Source of the DNA: an uncultured bacterium
GTDB lineage: Bacteria; Armatimonadota; Abditibacteriia; Abditibacteriales; Abditibacteriaceae
Reading direction: 5' to 3'
DNA length: 64,000 bases
Assembly: GCA_963843795.1 (NCBI GenBank)
Contig: CAWJLW010000006.1
Coordinates: 1,116,001-1,180,000, forward strand
A program made the position numbers and the translations under genes. Under the pieces are notes generated by a model. The model saw nothing but the letters and a program-made list of their open reading frames with translations, made no database searches and was not told where the DNA came from. Numbering within the stretch: the first letter of the stretch is position 1; each line of letters begins with the position of its first letter. Shown here one piece after another: positions 44,433 through 55,855 of the stretch.

Positions 44433-46691
44433 TCACAAATGCACATGCAGCCATGCCGAGCGGCGCATAACGTGATCGAGTTCTTCGCGATGTGCCCAGG
44501 CTGTGATCAGAGCTTCATCGTGAAACGCCGGACGTAAGCGCCAAGCGTTGAAGCCGGGCAGAAAGCGCGTGTGCGGCGGCGGCAGTGTGGGCGAATTGAA
44601 AATCATGCGTTCGCGCCAATTCAGCGGACGCAGCGCGATTTGCGAATCGTCGAAGCTGCGATATTGTTCTTCCTCGCGTTTATCAGCGTACGAGCGGTCT
44701 AACTGTGACACAATTCGCCAATGCTGCACTGACATTTCGACTTGGTCTTGCAGATAATAAGCGAGACCAATATTTGAATGCGTAATCGGCGAGCGTGGTT
44801 CCAGAACCAAACTTTGGGTGAAAGCCGTCACGGCTTGCGCATACATCTTGTTGCGCGCGAAGCTGATGCCCAGCGCTGAAAGCAAATTCGGATCATCGGG
44901 CACTAATTGATGCGCCGCCATATAATGCTTGATAGCCAAAGGCCAATTGCCAATTTGATAGTAAACAAAACCCAAACTGGATTGCAAATCGACGTTTTTC
45001 GGCTCGTATTGCACCGCTTTCAGCCACGCTTGAAGCGCCTCGTCCAAACGATTAGCCGTCGCATGGCCCAAGCCAATAAGGTAATACGCGGGCGCGAAAG
45101 AATCGTCGCGGTCAACCACGATTTGGAGCTGTTTGGCCGAAGCCTCGCGAAATCCGAGCAAAAACTGGCACAGTGCCGCGTTATACAAGCACACCAGCAA
45201 ATCGCGACGTATTTCGTATAAATGCACCAGTTGGCCGCCCGCTGCGGCCCAGTTGGTTTCGCCGCTCTTTTGCATTGTGAGCAGCGCATCCCAAAACTTC
45301 GCTTGCATCGAATGCGGATGAATGTTTAAAACTTGTTTCAACAGTTTGTGGGCGTCGTCGCGGTTGCCCATTTGGAAAAGCGTGAAAGTGAGATTAAGCA
45401 GGGCGACTTTGTGGTGCGGATCAATTTGGGCCGCGCGCTTGAGATGTTTAATCGCTTCGCTTTCGCCATTTTCCTGACCACGCAGCAAATAAGCCGCGCC
45501 CAGAACCGCGTGCGCATCGGCGTGTTGCGCATTAAGCGCAAAAGCGTGGCGCAGCGCTTCGATACCTTTATCAGGCTTGCCCCATTCAATATAAGAACGA
45601 CCCAGATTATAAAAAACTTCGAACTCGGCGCGCTCTTGCTGACCAGCGTGCGCGAAACATTCCTGCGCTAATTCCGCTTCGCCACGCGCCGCCAAAACCA
45701 CACCCAAGTTGCTCAAACGCGAGGGCTCGACCTGTCCGGTGAAATTCTCGATTTGCGAGGCCAACTCCAAATACTTGTGCGCGCTTTCGAAGTTGCCCTG
45801 CTCGCACGCAAACGCGCCCAGATTGTTCAACACGCGGGCGTGCCCCGGCTCGATTTGCAGCGCGGCCATCCAGCGATTAACGGCCTTCTCGCTGTCACCG
45901 GCGCTGATTTCCACGAGAGCCAGATTGTTCAACGTATCGGCTTCACGCGTGTGATCGACTGTCGTTTGATCGTCGGCGTGGGCGGCGTTTTCCGAAACCG
46001 CGCGCGCCGCTTTTTCCAGTTCGCAGTGCGCTTCCTCGAAACGTCCCAGCCCCTGCAGCGCCAGTCCGCGCATCGTATGCCATTCGCTTCCATAATGCGC
46101 GGCGACTTCCTCATCGTGCGCGCACAAGGCTTCCAATCGCTTGGTGGCTTCGAGCACCATAGCGAAGTGGCGCGCTTGCAGGGCGATAGCGGCGAAGTTG
46201 AATAAGGGCAGCGGCGCTTTGGGATGGGCGTTGCAAATATCTTGCAATAATTGCAATGCAGCCGGAAACTTGCCTGCATTAGCGCGCGCAATGCCCAGAT
46301 TGATACCGATGTCGAGATCGTCGGGCTGGTATTTGTGAGCGCTTTCCAAATGAGAAACCGCGCGCAGGTTCGAGCCAGCGATCAGGCACCAGCCGCCCAT
46401 TTCACCTTGCAACGCGAAGTTGCGCGGATCGGCTTCGAGCTTTGCTTCGAGCCGTGTCGTGTGTTCTTTGATTTGTCCGCGCAGCTTTTTTTCCAACGCG
46501 GTTTGATAATGCTCGATGCGGCGTTTTTCTAGAAATCCGCTCGCGCCATGCGGCGTGTCGAGGTCGGCCAGCCATTGTCCGCTGTCGCGCCCCTCGCGCT
46601 GATCGACGAATAATGTCCAGCGACAATGAGGACAATAGTTGGAACCCGGCGCAGTTTTTTGGCCGCAGCGACCGCAAATCATGGAAATCAA
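44433..46691 (-). CDS. zinc-ribbon + multi-TPR protein
   Basis: CGRC...CPHC N-terminus; many TPR repeats (LNNLG, FYNLG, HSNIG); GGAGG 8 nt before TTG. Confidence 0.85.
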   Translation of the reverse strand: MISMICGRCGQKTAPGSNYCPHCRWTLFVDQREGRDSGQWLADLDTPHGASGFLEKRRIEHYQTALEKKLRGQIKEHTTRLEAKLEADPRNFALQGEMGGWCLIAGSNLRAVSHLESAHKYQPDDLDIGINLGIARANAGKFPAALQLLQDICNAHPKAPLPLFNFAAIALQARHFAMVLEATKRLEALCAHDEEVAAHYGSEWHTMRGLALQGLGRFEEAHCELEKAARAVSENAAHADDQTTVDHTREADTLNNLALVEISAGDSEKAVNRWMAALQIEPGHARVLNNLGAFACEQGNFESAHKYLELASQIENFTGQVEPSRLSNLGVVLAARGEAELAQECFAHAGQQERAEFEVFYNLGRSYIEWGKPDKGIEALRHAFALNAQHADAHAVLGAAYLLRGQENGESEAIKHLKRAAQIDPHHKVALLNLTFTLFQMGNRDDAHKLLKQVLNIHPHSMQAKFWDALLTMQKSGETNWAAAGGQLVHLYEIRRDLLVCLYNAALCQFLLGFREASAKQLQIVVDRDDSFAPAYYLIGLGHATANRLDEALQAWLKAVQYEPKNVDLQSSLGFVYYQIGNWPLAIKHYMAAHQLVPDDPNLLSALGISFARNKMYAQAVTAFTQSLVLEPRSPITHSNIGLAYYLQDQVEMSVQHWRIVSQLDRSYADKREEEQYRSFDDSQIALRPLNWRERMIFNSPTLPPPHTRFLPGFNAWRLRPAFHDEALITAWAHREELDHVMRRSAWLHVHL

Positions 46692-46821
46692 AAGTTTGTC
46701 CTCCCGTTATCAGTTTCTACAAGTGCGCGACTGGGCAAGTACTTGCAGAACCATTTGAAACGGTTGCAGAAGTTGCTTTCTCAGTGTTCCCCTATTGGGT
46801 CAAAATCCAACCGATGCTGAT

Positions 46822-47616
46822 TTATCGCAGAAAAAGAAAGACCGCAATTGCGACAGCCAGACGCCAGAAAAAAAACAAGGCCAGGCCGCGTGTACGCAGG
46901 TAATTCAGCAGAAAATCAATCGCCCAGTAGCCCGAAATTCCCGCCACGACAACGCCTATCAACAATTCCAGCGGCCCCGCGCCTACCGCAGAAAAGTTGC
47001 CTTTTTTCACCACGCTGAGCGCTTCAAAACTAACTGCGCCGACCATAATCGGCAGTGACATCAGAAACGAAAATCGTGCCGCGCTTTCGCGATTCAAGCC
47101 ACGCAGCAAACCCATCGTAATCGTCGAGCCCGAACGCGACACGCCCGGCACCAGAGCCAACGCTTGGCTGAGACCAATCGCGACCGCATCGGTAACACCG
47201 ATTTCGTCCAGATTGCGCGTTTTGCGCGAGACAACATCGGCCAACCACAGCAGCGCGCCCATCACGACCAGCATGATGGCATTAAATCGGACATCGGTGA
47301 AAATCGGCAGCTTTTCTTCGGCATCGCGCAGCAAAAGGCCCGCGATGGCGGCTGGCACGCAGCCCAGAAACACCATGTTTCGCAAAGTTTGCTGACTTTT
47401 ATCGGTCAAAAGCGCGAGCCAATCTTTGCGAAAGTACCACATCAGCGCGGCCAAGGTGCCCAGATTGAGCATCAAATCGAATGTGAACTGGCGTTCTTTC
47501 TGTCCCAAAAACGCGTGCGCGATATTGAGATGCGCCGAGGACGAAACGGGAATAAATTCGGTCAAGCCTTGTATCAAACCCAAAAGGGCTGCCTGCCAGA
47601 GTGAAATGTGTTCCAT
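46822..47616 (-). CDS. uppP: undecaprenyl-diphosphatase
   Basis: GLIQGLTEFIPVSSSAH, PGVSRSGSTI, AARFSFLMS. Confidence 0.95.
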   Translation of the reverse strand: MEHISLWQAALLGLIQGLTEFIPVSSSAHLNIAHAFLGQKERQFTFDLMLNLGTLAALMWYFRKDWLALLTDKSQQTLRNMVFLGCVPAAIAGLLLRDAEEKLPIFTDVRFNAIMLVVMGALLWLADVVSRKTRNLDEIGVTDAVAIGLSQALALVPGVSRSGSTITMGLLRGLNRESAARFSFLMSLPIMVGAVSFEALSVVKKGNFSAVGAGPLELLIGVVVAGISGYWAIDFLLNYLRTRGLALFFFWRLAVAIAVFLFLR

Positions 47617-47751
47617 GAAATTGAGAAAAATATTCTGCAAGTACTTGCAGTAATCAGAATAGCCAAAATGCGCGCTTCAATAAACCAAAGCACGCTCGTT
47701 CGCTTGCGCTTGGCTTATGAAAGTTTGCATTTTCAAACTCTTTTCGAGCCT

Positions 47752-49023
47752 TTATTTGAGATCGATGTGCGAGGGATGGTCGAAATTTTCCGACATTTCA
47801 TTAGTCGGATCGGCCAGAGTTTGCGCCCGAATCGCGTCTTGTGCGCTGGCTTCGTCGTGACGCAAGCGCGCTTGATTTAAACGCGATTCGTGATATTCGG
47901 TGAGGAAAATTTTCAAAACGGCAGCGATGGGCACCGCTAAAAACACGCCCATGAAACCGAAAAATTCCATGCCGATGAGTAAAGAAATAATCACCGAAAC
48001 GGGATGCAAATCGACCTCGTGCCCGATAATTTTGGGCAGCAATACTTTCGATTCCAGAAAGTGCATAAGAGTGAACGCGATGAGCAAAGCACTCGTAATT
48101 TGCATTGATTTTGTGGTAATCAGGCACACCAACACTAACGGAATTCCGCCCAGCAGAGGCCCGACGACTGGAATGGCGCGCGTCAAGCCAGCTACCATTC
48201 CCAGCGTAAACGCATACGGCACGCCCAAAACGAGCAAGCCTACAGTGACCAGAATCCACGCGATGAGGCACATCCAGACTTGGCCGCGAATGTAGCCGTC
48301 CAGAACGCGGTCGAAATCTCCCAGCATTCGCGCACCGCGCGCGCGCCATTCCAGCGGCGCCAACAAGCGCGCTTCGGCGCGAATCGCCGGGCCATCGGTG
48401 AGAAAATAAAAAATTAAGACCGGCACCAAAATGAGTTCGACCAGAAAGCCCGGCGAGAACGATTTTGACAAACGTTCGCCCATCGCGCCCGCGCCGCGTC
48501 CGAGCCATCCGGGAACCGCGCGCTCGAGATCATCGAGATCAACCGGCAAAATCGCGCGGTAAGGTAGCAAAGCGGCCTGCAAACTGGCTTTCCACTGCTC
48601 GAGAACACGCGCGCGTTCTTCGGGATTGGAAGGCACAAACGAAGCCCAAATTTCGCGAACATCGGCCACGACTGGCTTCAATCCCAATAGCACAAAAAGC
48701 CAGATTGCCAATCCGCAACCAACAAAAACCAAAATTGTGGCCCACACACGTCCGCTGCGTTGCCGGCCCAGCCATGGCTGCCTCAGCAGCGCCTTGACTG
48801 CAGGGCGCAGCAGATAAGCACCGACCATCGACAACACGACGGTGATGAACAGCTCGCGGATGTGCTCGCTGACATAACGAATCTCCTGCGGTGCGTGCCA
48901 GATGAGCGTCACGATCAGAGTGCCGATGGCGAGCAACCACAGTATGCGACGATTGCTCCACGTAGCTTCGACAGAGTTTGAGATTTCGTCCTGATTGGAA
49001 TTCGGATCGGAATGTGAAGGCAT
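47752..49023 (-). CDS. AI-2E family transporter
   Basis: AYLLRP, FYFLTDG, GYIRGQ, IPVVGP, PKIIGHEVDLHP, GVFLAVP. Confidence 0.9.
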   Translation of the reverse strand: MPSHSDPNSNQDEISNSVEATWSNRRILWLLAIGTLIVTLIWHAPQEIRYVSEHIRELFITVVLSMVGAYLLRPAVKALLRQPWLGRQRSGRVWATILVFVGCGLAIWLFVLLGLKPVVADVREIWASFVPSNPEERARVLEQWKASLQAALLPYRAILPVDLDDLERAVPGWLGRGAGAMGERLSKSFSPGFLVELILVPVLIFYFLTDGPAIRAEARLLAPLEWRARGARMLGDFDRVLDGYIRGQVWMCLIAWILVTVGLLVLGVPYAFTLGMVAGLTRAIPVVGPLLGGIPLVLVCLITTKSMQITSALLIAFTLMHFLESKVLLPKIIGHEVDLHPVSVIISLLIGMEFFGFMGVFLAVPIAAVLKIFLTEYHESRLNQARLRHDEASAQDAIRAQTLADPTNEMSENFDHPSHIDLK

Positions 49024-49077
49024 ATATTTCGAGACGTTGCCACTGCAAGTACCCACAGTGGCTGCTGGTAGCGCGTT

Positions 49078-50232
49078 TTATTCACCGTTTCGTGCGCGGT
49101 AACTAAAATCCAACGGACGCTCGCCGCGTCCGCTCCAAAAGCGCAACGCTTGCGCAATGCGTTGGGCCGCGTGGCCATCGCCATAAGGATTGGCGGCGCG
49201 GCTCATGGCATCGTAATTGGCCTCGTTGCCCAGCAAACGCGACGCAGCTTCGACAATGTCTTCGCGCTTGGTGCCGACCAATTGCGCTGTGCCCGCGCCG
49301 ACGCCTTCGGGCCGCTCGGTTGTGCGTCGCAACACCAGAACCGGCAAGCCCAGCGCGGGCGCTTCTTCCTGCACGCCACCTGAATCAGTCAAGACCAAAT
49401 GCGTTTCGCGCATCAATTGCACGAACTCGATATACGCCGGTGGCTCGCGCAACTCGACACGCGGGTGATTGCCCAGCACGCGCTGCAAGGTTTCACGCAC
49501 TTTGGGATTGGGATGCATACAATGCACGATGCGCGTATCGGGGAATTTTTCGACAATATCGTGTAACGCCAAGGCGATTTCCTGCAATGGTTCGCCCAGA
49601 TTTTCGCGTCGATGTGTCGTTACCAAAAGCAACCGTTCACCCTTTGCGGGCGTGCGCGTTAGCCCATCAGTTTTCTGATACAAGGCATCGATGACAGTAT
49701 TTCCGGTGAGATACACGGCTTCGGCTTTGATGCCCTCTGCGAGCAGATTCTCTTTGGCGCGTTGAGTGGGCGCGAAGTGTAAATCGGTGAGTTGACCGGT
49801 TAAACGACGATTGATTTCTTCGGGAAAAGGATCGAATTTGTTATCGGTGCGCAAACCGGCCTCGACGTGGCCGAAGGCGATTTGCTGATAACTCGCTGCC
49901 ATCGCTGCCGCCAAAACTGTCGTCGTGTCGCCTTGAGCCAGAACGATGTCGGGCTTTTCTTCGGTTAAAACCGGTTCGAGGCCAGTTAGGGCTCGCGTGG
50001 TAATTTGTGTGAGCGTTTGACCTTGCTGCATGATATCAAGGTCGAAGTCGGGTACGATGTCGAAAACATCCAGCACTTGATCGAGAATTTGACGTTGCTG
50101 AGCCGTGACGCACACGCGCACGTCGAAATCAGGTTGGGTTTTGAGATAGTTGACGAGCGGCGCCATCTTGATGGCTTCGGGCCGCGTGCCGAAAATCAAC
50201 AAGGTTTTTAATGGGTTTTGTTGGGAAGACAT
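49078..50232 (-). CDS. wecB: UDP-N-acetylglucosamine 2-epimerase (non-hydrolysing)
   Basis: FGTRPEAIKMAP, QGDTTT, HVEAGLRT, FPEEINR, TDSGGVQEEAP, NPYGDG. Confidence 0.95.
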   Translation of the reverse strand: MSSQQNPLKTLLIFGTRPEAIKMAPLVNYLKTQPDFDVRVCVTAQQRQILDQVLDVFDIVPDFDLDIMQQGQTLTQITTRALTGLEPVLTEEKPDIVLAQGDTTTVLAAAMAASYQQIAFGHVEAGLRTDNKFDPFPEEINRRLTGQLTDLHFAPTQRAKENLLAEGIKAEAVYLTGNTVIDALYQKTDGLTRTPAKGERLLLVTTHRRENLGEPLQEIALALHDIVEKFPDTRIVHCMHPNPKVRETLQRVLGNHPRVELREPPAYIEFVQLMRETHLVLTDSGGVQEEAPALGLPVLVLRRTTERPEGVGAGTAQLVGTKREDIVEAASRLLGNEANYDAMSRAANPYGDGHAAQRIAQALRFWSGRGERPLDFSYRARNGE

Positions 50233-50283
50233 TGCGCGCGAGTTTATCGCAAGTGCGCGCTGAGGGAAGCACTCAGAGTCAAA

Positions 50284-50317
50284 AAATTGGTCCTGCAAGT
50301 ACTTGCAGGGCCAATTT
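50284..50317. repeat. 34-bp palindrome (1 mismatch) centred on the iterated motif
   Basis: AAATTGGTCCTGCAAGT|ACTTGCAGGGCCAATTT. Confidence 0.8.
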
Positions 50318-50321
50318 CGCT

Positions 50322-51344
50322 TCAAGCGCGGGCCAGTAAAATCGCCACTGCCCCGAAAATCAGCGAAACGGTGTAAATCACCAGCACGGTTTTAATCGGC
50401 GAATAACCGCGCGCCAAAAGCCGATGATGCAAATGGCCGCGATCCGCGCGCCACATCGGTTGCCGCGCCCAGGTGCGGCGCACAATCGCCCACGCCGTAT
50501 CCAGAACCGGCACGCCCAAGATCAACATCGGCAAGGCCAGGGTCGTCGCTGCAGCGGTTTTACTGGCCGCTGCAATGGCAATGCTCGATAGCCAGAAACC
50601 CAATAGCAAACTTCCCGAATCGCCCAGAAAGATGCGCGCCGGATGAAAGTTCCACTTCAAAAATCCCAGACACGCTCCGCACAAGGCCGCGCTCGATGAC
50701 GCCGCCCAGATCGCGCCCTTTTCGATTTCAATCAAGCACAAACAGCCCGCACCAATCGCGCACACGCCAGAGGCCAAGCCGTCGACGCCATCAATGAAAT
50801 TGATGCCATTGGTCAAGCCTAGAACCCACAACGCGGTGAGTGCAAACGAGGCCGGATCGGACAACGTGGCCAAGCCCGAAGTGAAGGGAATGGTGTTGAT
50901 GCGCACGCCGCCGCGCCACAGCAGATAAACGATGACGAGTTGCCCACCGAATTTCCAGATGGGCGCCAGTTCAAAGCGGTCGTCGAGCAAGCCCAGCAAC
51001 AACACCAGCGCGCCCGTGACGAAAAACACCGTCGATAAGTGCAAGGTTTGCGCGGTCTGCGCGATGTCGCTGGCCGAACCCGATGGCGAGAGTTGGCGCA
51101 CATCGTTGAGCGTGGGTTGGCGCCAGATGAGCGCCGCGACCACAACGCCGACGAAAATCGCCACGCCGCCCCACTGCGCAATCGGTTCGGGATGCAAACG
51201 CCGCGCATCGGGCTTGGCCAGTGCGCCAAAGCGCCACGCCAACTGGCGAGCGACCGGCGTCATCGCCAAAGCCACCACGAATGCGGTGATTAAGGCCAAC
51301 AGTGGCGAACCTTTGAAAGAGGAAAAATCGGGCATAACACTCAA
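50322..51344 (-). CDS. MraY/WecA/TagO-family undecaprenyl-phosphate sugar-1-phosphate transferase
   Basis: GLLDDR, NGINFIDGVDGLA, NFHPARIFLGDSGS, ADRGHLHHRL. Confidence 0.9.
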   Translation of the reverse strand: MSVMPDFSSFKGSPLLALITAFVVALAMTPVARQLAWRFGALAKPDARRLHPEPIAQWGGVAIFVGVVVAALIWRQPTLNDVRQLSPSGSASDIAQTAQTLHLSTVFFVTGALVLLLGLLDDRFELAPIWKFGGQLVIVYLLWRGGVRINTIPFTSGLATLSDPASFALTALWVLGLTNGINFIDGVDGLASGVCAIGAGCLCLIEIEKGAIWAASSSAALCGACLGFLKWNFHPARIFLGDSGSLLLGFWLSSIAIAAASKTAAATTLALPMLILGVPVLDTAWAIVRRTWARQPMWRADRGHLHHRLLARGYSPIKTVLVIYTVSLIFGAVAILLARA

Positions 51345-51436
51345 ATGCGGGTGGCAAGTACTTGCAGGTCAAACTATGCACTGCGATTTTGTATTATAGC
51401 CACAAAGTGGCTTTTTGCTTCAATGAAATTGCATTG

Positions 51437-51514
51437 AAGATTGAGAATGGAAACATGAAAACGCCCGCTGCAAGTATTTGCAGCGGGCGTTTTCATGTTT
51501 CCATTCTCAATCTT
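51437..51514. repeat. 78-bp inverted repeat (perfect 37-bp arms) centred on a motif variant, overlapping the glyA stop codon
   Basis: AAGATTGAGAATGGAAACATGAAAACGCCCGCTGCAA-GTAT-TTGCAGCGGGCGTTTTCATGTTTCCATTCTCAATCTT. Confidence 0.9.
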
Positions 51515-52758
51515 GATACAATGGATACTTTTCGCATAAGGCTTTCACGCGCGCAATCGACTGTTCTCTGGTTTTCGCATCATCGCGATTTTTGATCGTC
51601 TGCACGATAATATCGGCAATTTCGCGCATATCGTCTTCTTGCATACCGCGTGTCGTCAAAGCCGGTGTGCCCAGACGAATGCCCGAAGTGACAAATGGCG
51701 AGCGCGGATCGAAAGGAATCTGGTTTTTGTTGCAGGTGATATGAACTTCGCCCAGCAAATGTTCGCAATCTTTGCCGGTGATTTCCATGGGCGTCATATC
51801 GACCAGCATCAAATGATTGTCTGTGCCGCCCGCTACCACGCGCAAACCGCCCGCGACCAAGGCGTCGGCCAAGGCGCTGGCATTCTTGCGCGTTTGTGCT
51901 TGATAAGCTTTAAATTCCGGCGTCATCGCTTCTTTGAAACAAACCGCTTTGGCCGCGATGACGTGCATCAGCGGGCCGCCCTGAATGCCGGGCATAATGG
52001 CTTTATCGATTTTCTCGGCCCATTCGGCTTTGCACAAAATCAGGCCAGCGCGCGGGCCGCGCAGGGTTTTGTGCGTGGTTGTGGTCACGAAATGCGCGTG
52101 CGGCACCGGACTCGGATATTCGCCCGCTGCTACTAAGCCCGCAACATGCGCCATATCAACTAACAGCAGCGCATCAACTTCATCGGCGATGGCGCGGAAT
52201 TTTGCCCAATCCATCACCCGTGAGTACGCCGAAAAACCGGCGACAATCATTTTCGGACTGATGTTCGAGTGCCAGAGCGCGCACTTCTTCGTAATCGACC
52301 AGTTCGGTGTCTTTGTCCAAACCATAGGCAACGGCATTATAAATTTTGCCGCTGAAGCTCATTTTGTGGCCGTGCGTGAGATGCCCGCCCGCCGCCAGAT
52401 TCATGCCCAGAATCGTGTCTCCCGCTTGCAGCGCAGCCAGATAAACGCCCGCGTTGGCCTGACTGCCCGAATGTGGCTGCACGTTGGCGTGTTCAGCGCC
52501 GAACAATTGTTTGGCGCGCTCAATGGCCAAATTTTCGGCGACATCGACAACTTCACAGCCTCCGTAATAACGTTTGCCCGGATAGCCTTCGGCATATTTA
52601 TTCGTCAAAACGCTTCCGGTCGCTTCGAGCACGGCGCGGCTGGTGAAATTTTCGGAGGCGATCATTTCCAGACCAAAACGCTGGCGATGCAATTCGTTTT
52701 CGAGCGTTTGCGCGATTTCGGGATCAGTGGCTTTCAAATGGCTTAAATCAAAACTCAT
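51507..52758 (-). CDS. glyA: serine hydroxymethyltransferase with one apparent +1 frameshift near 52257
   Basis: [31 protein letters not shown] in one frame; [32 protein letters not shown] in the other. Confidence 0.94.
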
Positions 52759-52778
52759 ATTTAGATATTTCCTGATAA

Positions 52779-54917
52779 TTAAGGCTGCGAACGACTTTTT
52801 ATTTTAGCAATTTTCAACAATGGTATTTGTCGCGCCTCACCATCATGAAAAGCGCTTAGCAACAGTTTCGCGCCTGAAACATGCGTTACGCGGCGCAAGG
52901 CGTCGAAGCGCAGACTACCGAAATCTTCGAACAGCGATAAGGGAATTTGCATTTCCGTATCGCGATAACCGGTAAATTCTTGCGTTTTTCCCTGCCATTC
53001 AATTTCTTCGATGCGGAAGCTGCCTTCGCGTGTACGGCGTTCGACGACTAAATTATTTTTCGCAGTGACGATAAAACGCCAATTTTCGTTGCCGCTGTCT
53101 GGCGAAATTTCAATTGCGCTCCAATCGTCTGCAACTACCTGCGGGCCAGTTCGTGCGCGGATGGCCACCTGCAAGTACTTGCCCGTGTTATTGAGAAACA
53201 ATCCGGTTTCCGGCCACGCCATTTCATCGTTACGCCAGCGCGCGAATTGGGTTTCTATACGATAATTTTGCCATTCACCGGTGCTGATTTGCCCGTCTAA
53301 AGCAAATTTTGCCTCCGATTTTTCGGCGCTAACAATCGGTCTGGGAGCCACCGGTTTTTCCACTGGAATTGGCGCGGCGTCTGCAAATTTTAATAACCAT
53401 TTGTCGACCAGCGCCACGCGCCGCGCGAATTCATCATTTGCCAAACGAATTGGTGACGGAACGACAAAATGCGCCAACTTTTCGCGCGTGTCGGCATTCA
53501 AATTCTGCAACAATCGCGTTTCCTGATGGGCTTCGCGCAGCATCATCAAACGCATCGATGGCAATGGACCAACCACGCCTTTGGGTTCGCCCGGATAAAG
53601 CAAAGTGCCATCGCCATTAGTATTGGTAAACGAAACCAAACTTTCATAAGGATTTGGTCCCCAACCGTGCGCCATTGAATACACGCAGCCACCGATTTCA
53701 TAGCGCGCCATTTGCCACGCCCACGCGCGCAAACTTTGGGCGTCGTCGTCCAAAAGCCACGTCGGATACGGATATTTCGGGACGACCATCGTGTACCACC
53801 ACGTTTCGCGTCCGCGCTTGCGTTCTGCGCTCAATTTGTCGAAATCAATCCAGCCGACACCGGTCGCATCGCCGATATTCGGGCACCAAATATCGACCGC
53901 ATTTTGCAGCGAATCGTTGGGATGCGTGGTAACCAGAAGTTTCAAATTCGGGTCGATTTCGTGGAGCCTTTTGGTTTCGGCAACTACTTGCGAATACTGT
54001 TCGGGCGATGGTTCATCAATGCGGTAACTGTAAGCTTTGTGCAGCGCATGAGTTGCTTTCAGCGCTTGCAATGCAATGGGAAATTCCGCGCTATCAAGCG
54101 GCGGCAACCGCACGGAATGAACGCGCGTGTCCTGCAAGTACTTGCGAGCGGCTTCGCTGTCCCAATCGGCCGGCAAATCGTAAGCGTTGAAACCGTAATC
54201 GAGCAGAAAATCGTAATAACGCTGCTTTTGAATTTGCCAATCGGCATCTGAAAATTCGCGTCCGCTTTTGCGATACCAATCGCGCAAAATGTCGTAGTAG
54301 ACCGCGACATTGAGGCGCAAATTCGGAGGTGGAATTTCGACATCGTGAACTTGGAAACTCAGCGCGAGCGATCTGTGTTGGCCATTAGTAGTCACATCCA
54401 GCGCGCCGAAATAATGTCCGGCTTCGGTATCACGCGGGATGAAAACCGAACACCACAAAACTGCGGCTTGGTGCGCGGCAATGTCGCGCGCCGGTTGCGT
54501 TTCCACTGGCAACAGCGCGTCCGGCCAATAGAGTGAAGTCAGTTCGCGATTGCCGCTGGGAACTACGACGCGCACATAATTTTCCCAGTACAACTGGATG
54601 TTCGACTTGAGCACGAACTGACCCAGTGTCGTGGCCAGATGCGTGGGCGTAATTTGTAAATCGCGCAGCGGTTGGTCGCCCGCCTCGATGACGCATTGAA
54701 ACGAATACCAACCGCCGCGCGCGGCTTGAATTTGCACCGGTTCGTTGTTGAAAGCGCGCAAGGTGCCGGGTTTAATGGCCATGAGCTTTTGCCACGCCGA
54801 AACCGGGCGCAGATGCCAGTCGGCGGCGCTGCAAGTACTTGCAGCGAGAAAAAAAGCGAGCAAAGGCCAAACGAAAGCGGGCGGTGAAACGAGACTTACA
54901 TTGTGCAACTTCCGCAT
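52779..54917 (-). CDS. secreted DUF4091/GH123-like protein with C-terminal carbohydrate-binding-like domain
   Basis: signal peptide; [30 protein letters not shown]...[17 protein letters not shown] before ATG 54917. Confidence 0.65.
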   Translation of the reverse strand: MRKLHNVSLVSPPAFVWPLLAFFLAASTCSAADWHLRPVSAWQKLMAIKPGTLRAFNNEPVQIQAARGGWYSFQCVIEAGDQPLRDLQITPTHLATTLGQFVLKSNIQLYWENYVRVVVPSGNRELTSLYWPDALLPVETQPARDIAAHQAAVLWCSVFIPRDTEAGHYFGALDVTTNGQHRSLALSFQVHDVEIPPPNLRLNVAVYYDILRDWYRKSGREFSDADWQIQKQRYYDFLLDYGFNAYDLPADWDSEAARKYLQDTRVHSVRLPPLDSAEFPIALQALKATHALHKAYSYRIDEPSPEQYSQVVAETKRLHEIDPNLKLLVTTHPNDSLQNAVDIWCPNIGDATGVGWIDFDKLSAERKRGRETWWYTMVVPKYPYPTWLLDDDAQSLRAWAWQMARYEIGGCVYSMAHGWGPNPYESLVSFTNTNGDGTLLYPGEPKGVVGPLPSMRLMMLREAHQETRLLQNLNADTREKLAHFVVPSPIRLANDEFARRVALVDKWLLKFADAAPIPVEKPVAPRPIVSAEKSEAKFALDGQISTGEWQNYRIETQFARWRNDEMAWPETGLFLNNTGKYLQVAIRARTGPQVVADDWSAIEISPDSGNENWRFIVTAKNNLVVERRTREGSFRIEEIEWQGKTQEFTGYRDTEMQIPLSLFEDFGSLRFDALRRVTHVSGAKLLLSAFHDGEARQIPLLKIAKIKSRSQP

Positions 54918-54943
54918 TTCACCTCCCTCGTTCAAAATTCTAT

Positions 54944-55855
54944 TCAATAAACCGAACGCACGAGCGGCACGATGATATTTTCGACATCGACTTCGTTTTG
55001 AGGCGCGGGCACGTTATCGAAAATCGCCCATTCTTCGCGGTGCTCGACCGTTTGGCCGGGCGCAAGTACTTGCAGCGGCCCTAATGTTTCAACTTCGAGC
55101 ATGTCGCCATTGGTAAAGGTTTCAAAGTTGACGCCGAAATCGGGATAATTCGCGTGCGGGTCGCAGTCGAAACGTTTGATAAACAATTGATTCTGGTTCG
55201 CATACGCTGCCCAGCCATCGGGCACTAGCGCGCCGACCTTTTGCGGCGAATCCAAAGTTTCGTCCTGACGAAGCATGATGAAACGATGGCCGAATGTCCA
55301 GCGTGGGTCACTCATATCGGTGAAACGCCACAGCGTTAAGCTGCTCGCAGGTAACAAATGTTCGGGATGCCCGCCGCGTTCGGGAAGGGGAAAAACACAA
55401 ACACCGCCGGGCGCCATTACCGACAAAGCCCACATCGCGAATTCTGCGCCCCACACATTATGGTTCACAGTGCGATGCGTGATGAAAGCGCGCGCCGTAT
55501 CATCGGAAAGCTGCACATCAATTTCCTTTTGCAAACCGGTCGAAGTTTCCAGTGGCGGCGTCAGGCGCACAAATCCATCGTGTTCGGCCCATTGAACCGG
55601 CGCGTTATCGGCGACATAAGTGCGCGGCACTTGTTCGGGCGCGTGCCACAAACGATGGCCGCCATAAGAATTCCATTCGCTACCGCCAGTTTGGCCCAGA
55701 GTTTCAGGAAATTCTTTGAAATGATTGGGCCCATCGGGAAAGCCCAGACGAATCAGGCGCGGGCCAACATCTAAGGTAATGACAAGTTCTATTTTGTCGT
55801 TGGAGACGCGCAAACAATTGTCCCAGCCGCCGTAAGCGATGGTTTCGATTTTCAT
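54944..55855 (-). CDS. galactose-mutarotase-like beta-sandwich protein
   Basis: LDVGPRLI, YGGHRLWHAPE, YPDFGVNFE, LEVETLGP...EHREEW. Confidence 0.65.
   Translation of the reverse strand: MKIETIAYGGWDNCLRVSNDKIELVITLDVGPRLIRLGFPDGPNHFKEFPETLGQTGGSEWNSYGGHRLWHAPEQVPRTYVADNAPVQWAEHDGFVRLTPPLETSTGLQKEIDVQLSDDTARAFITHRTVNHNVWGAEFAMWALSVMAPGGVCVFPLPERGGHPEHLLPASSLTLWRFTDMSDPRWTFGHRFIMLRQDETLDSPQKVGALVPDGWAAYANQNQLFIKRFDCDPHANYPDFGVNFETFTNGDMLEVETLGPLQVLAPGQTVEHREEWAIFDNVPAPQNEVDVENIIVPLVRSVY

Noticed and set aside
7309..50325. Long N-terminal extensions in the ORF track (starts 7309, 14975, 17811, 27963, 30498, 34331, 35444, 40064, 41866, 47640, 50325)
   Set aside because: They start within or run through intergenic motif copies or upstream genes (the motif supplies TTG codons and no stops); downstream ATGs match the family N-termini.
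51507..52758. glyA pseudogene
   Set aside because: A single extra base with all catalytic motifs intact; same pattern as the probable errors in ileS.
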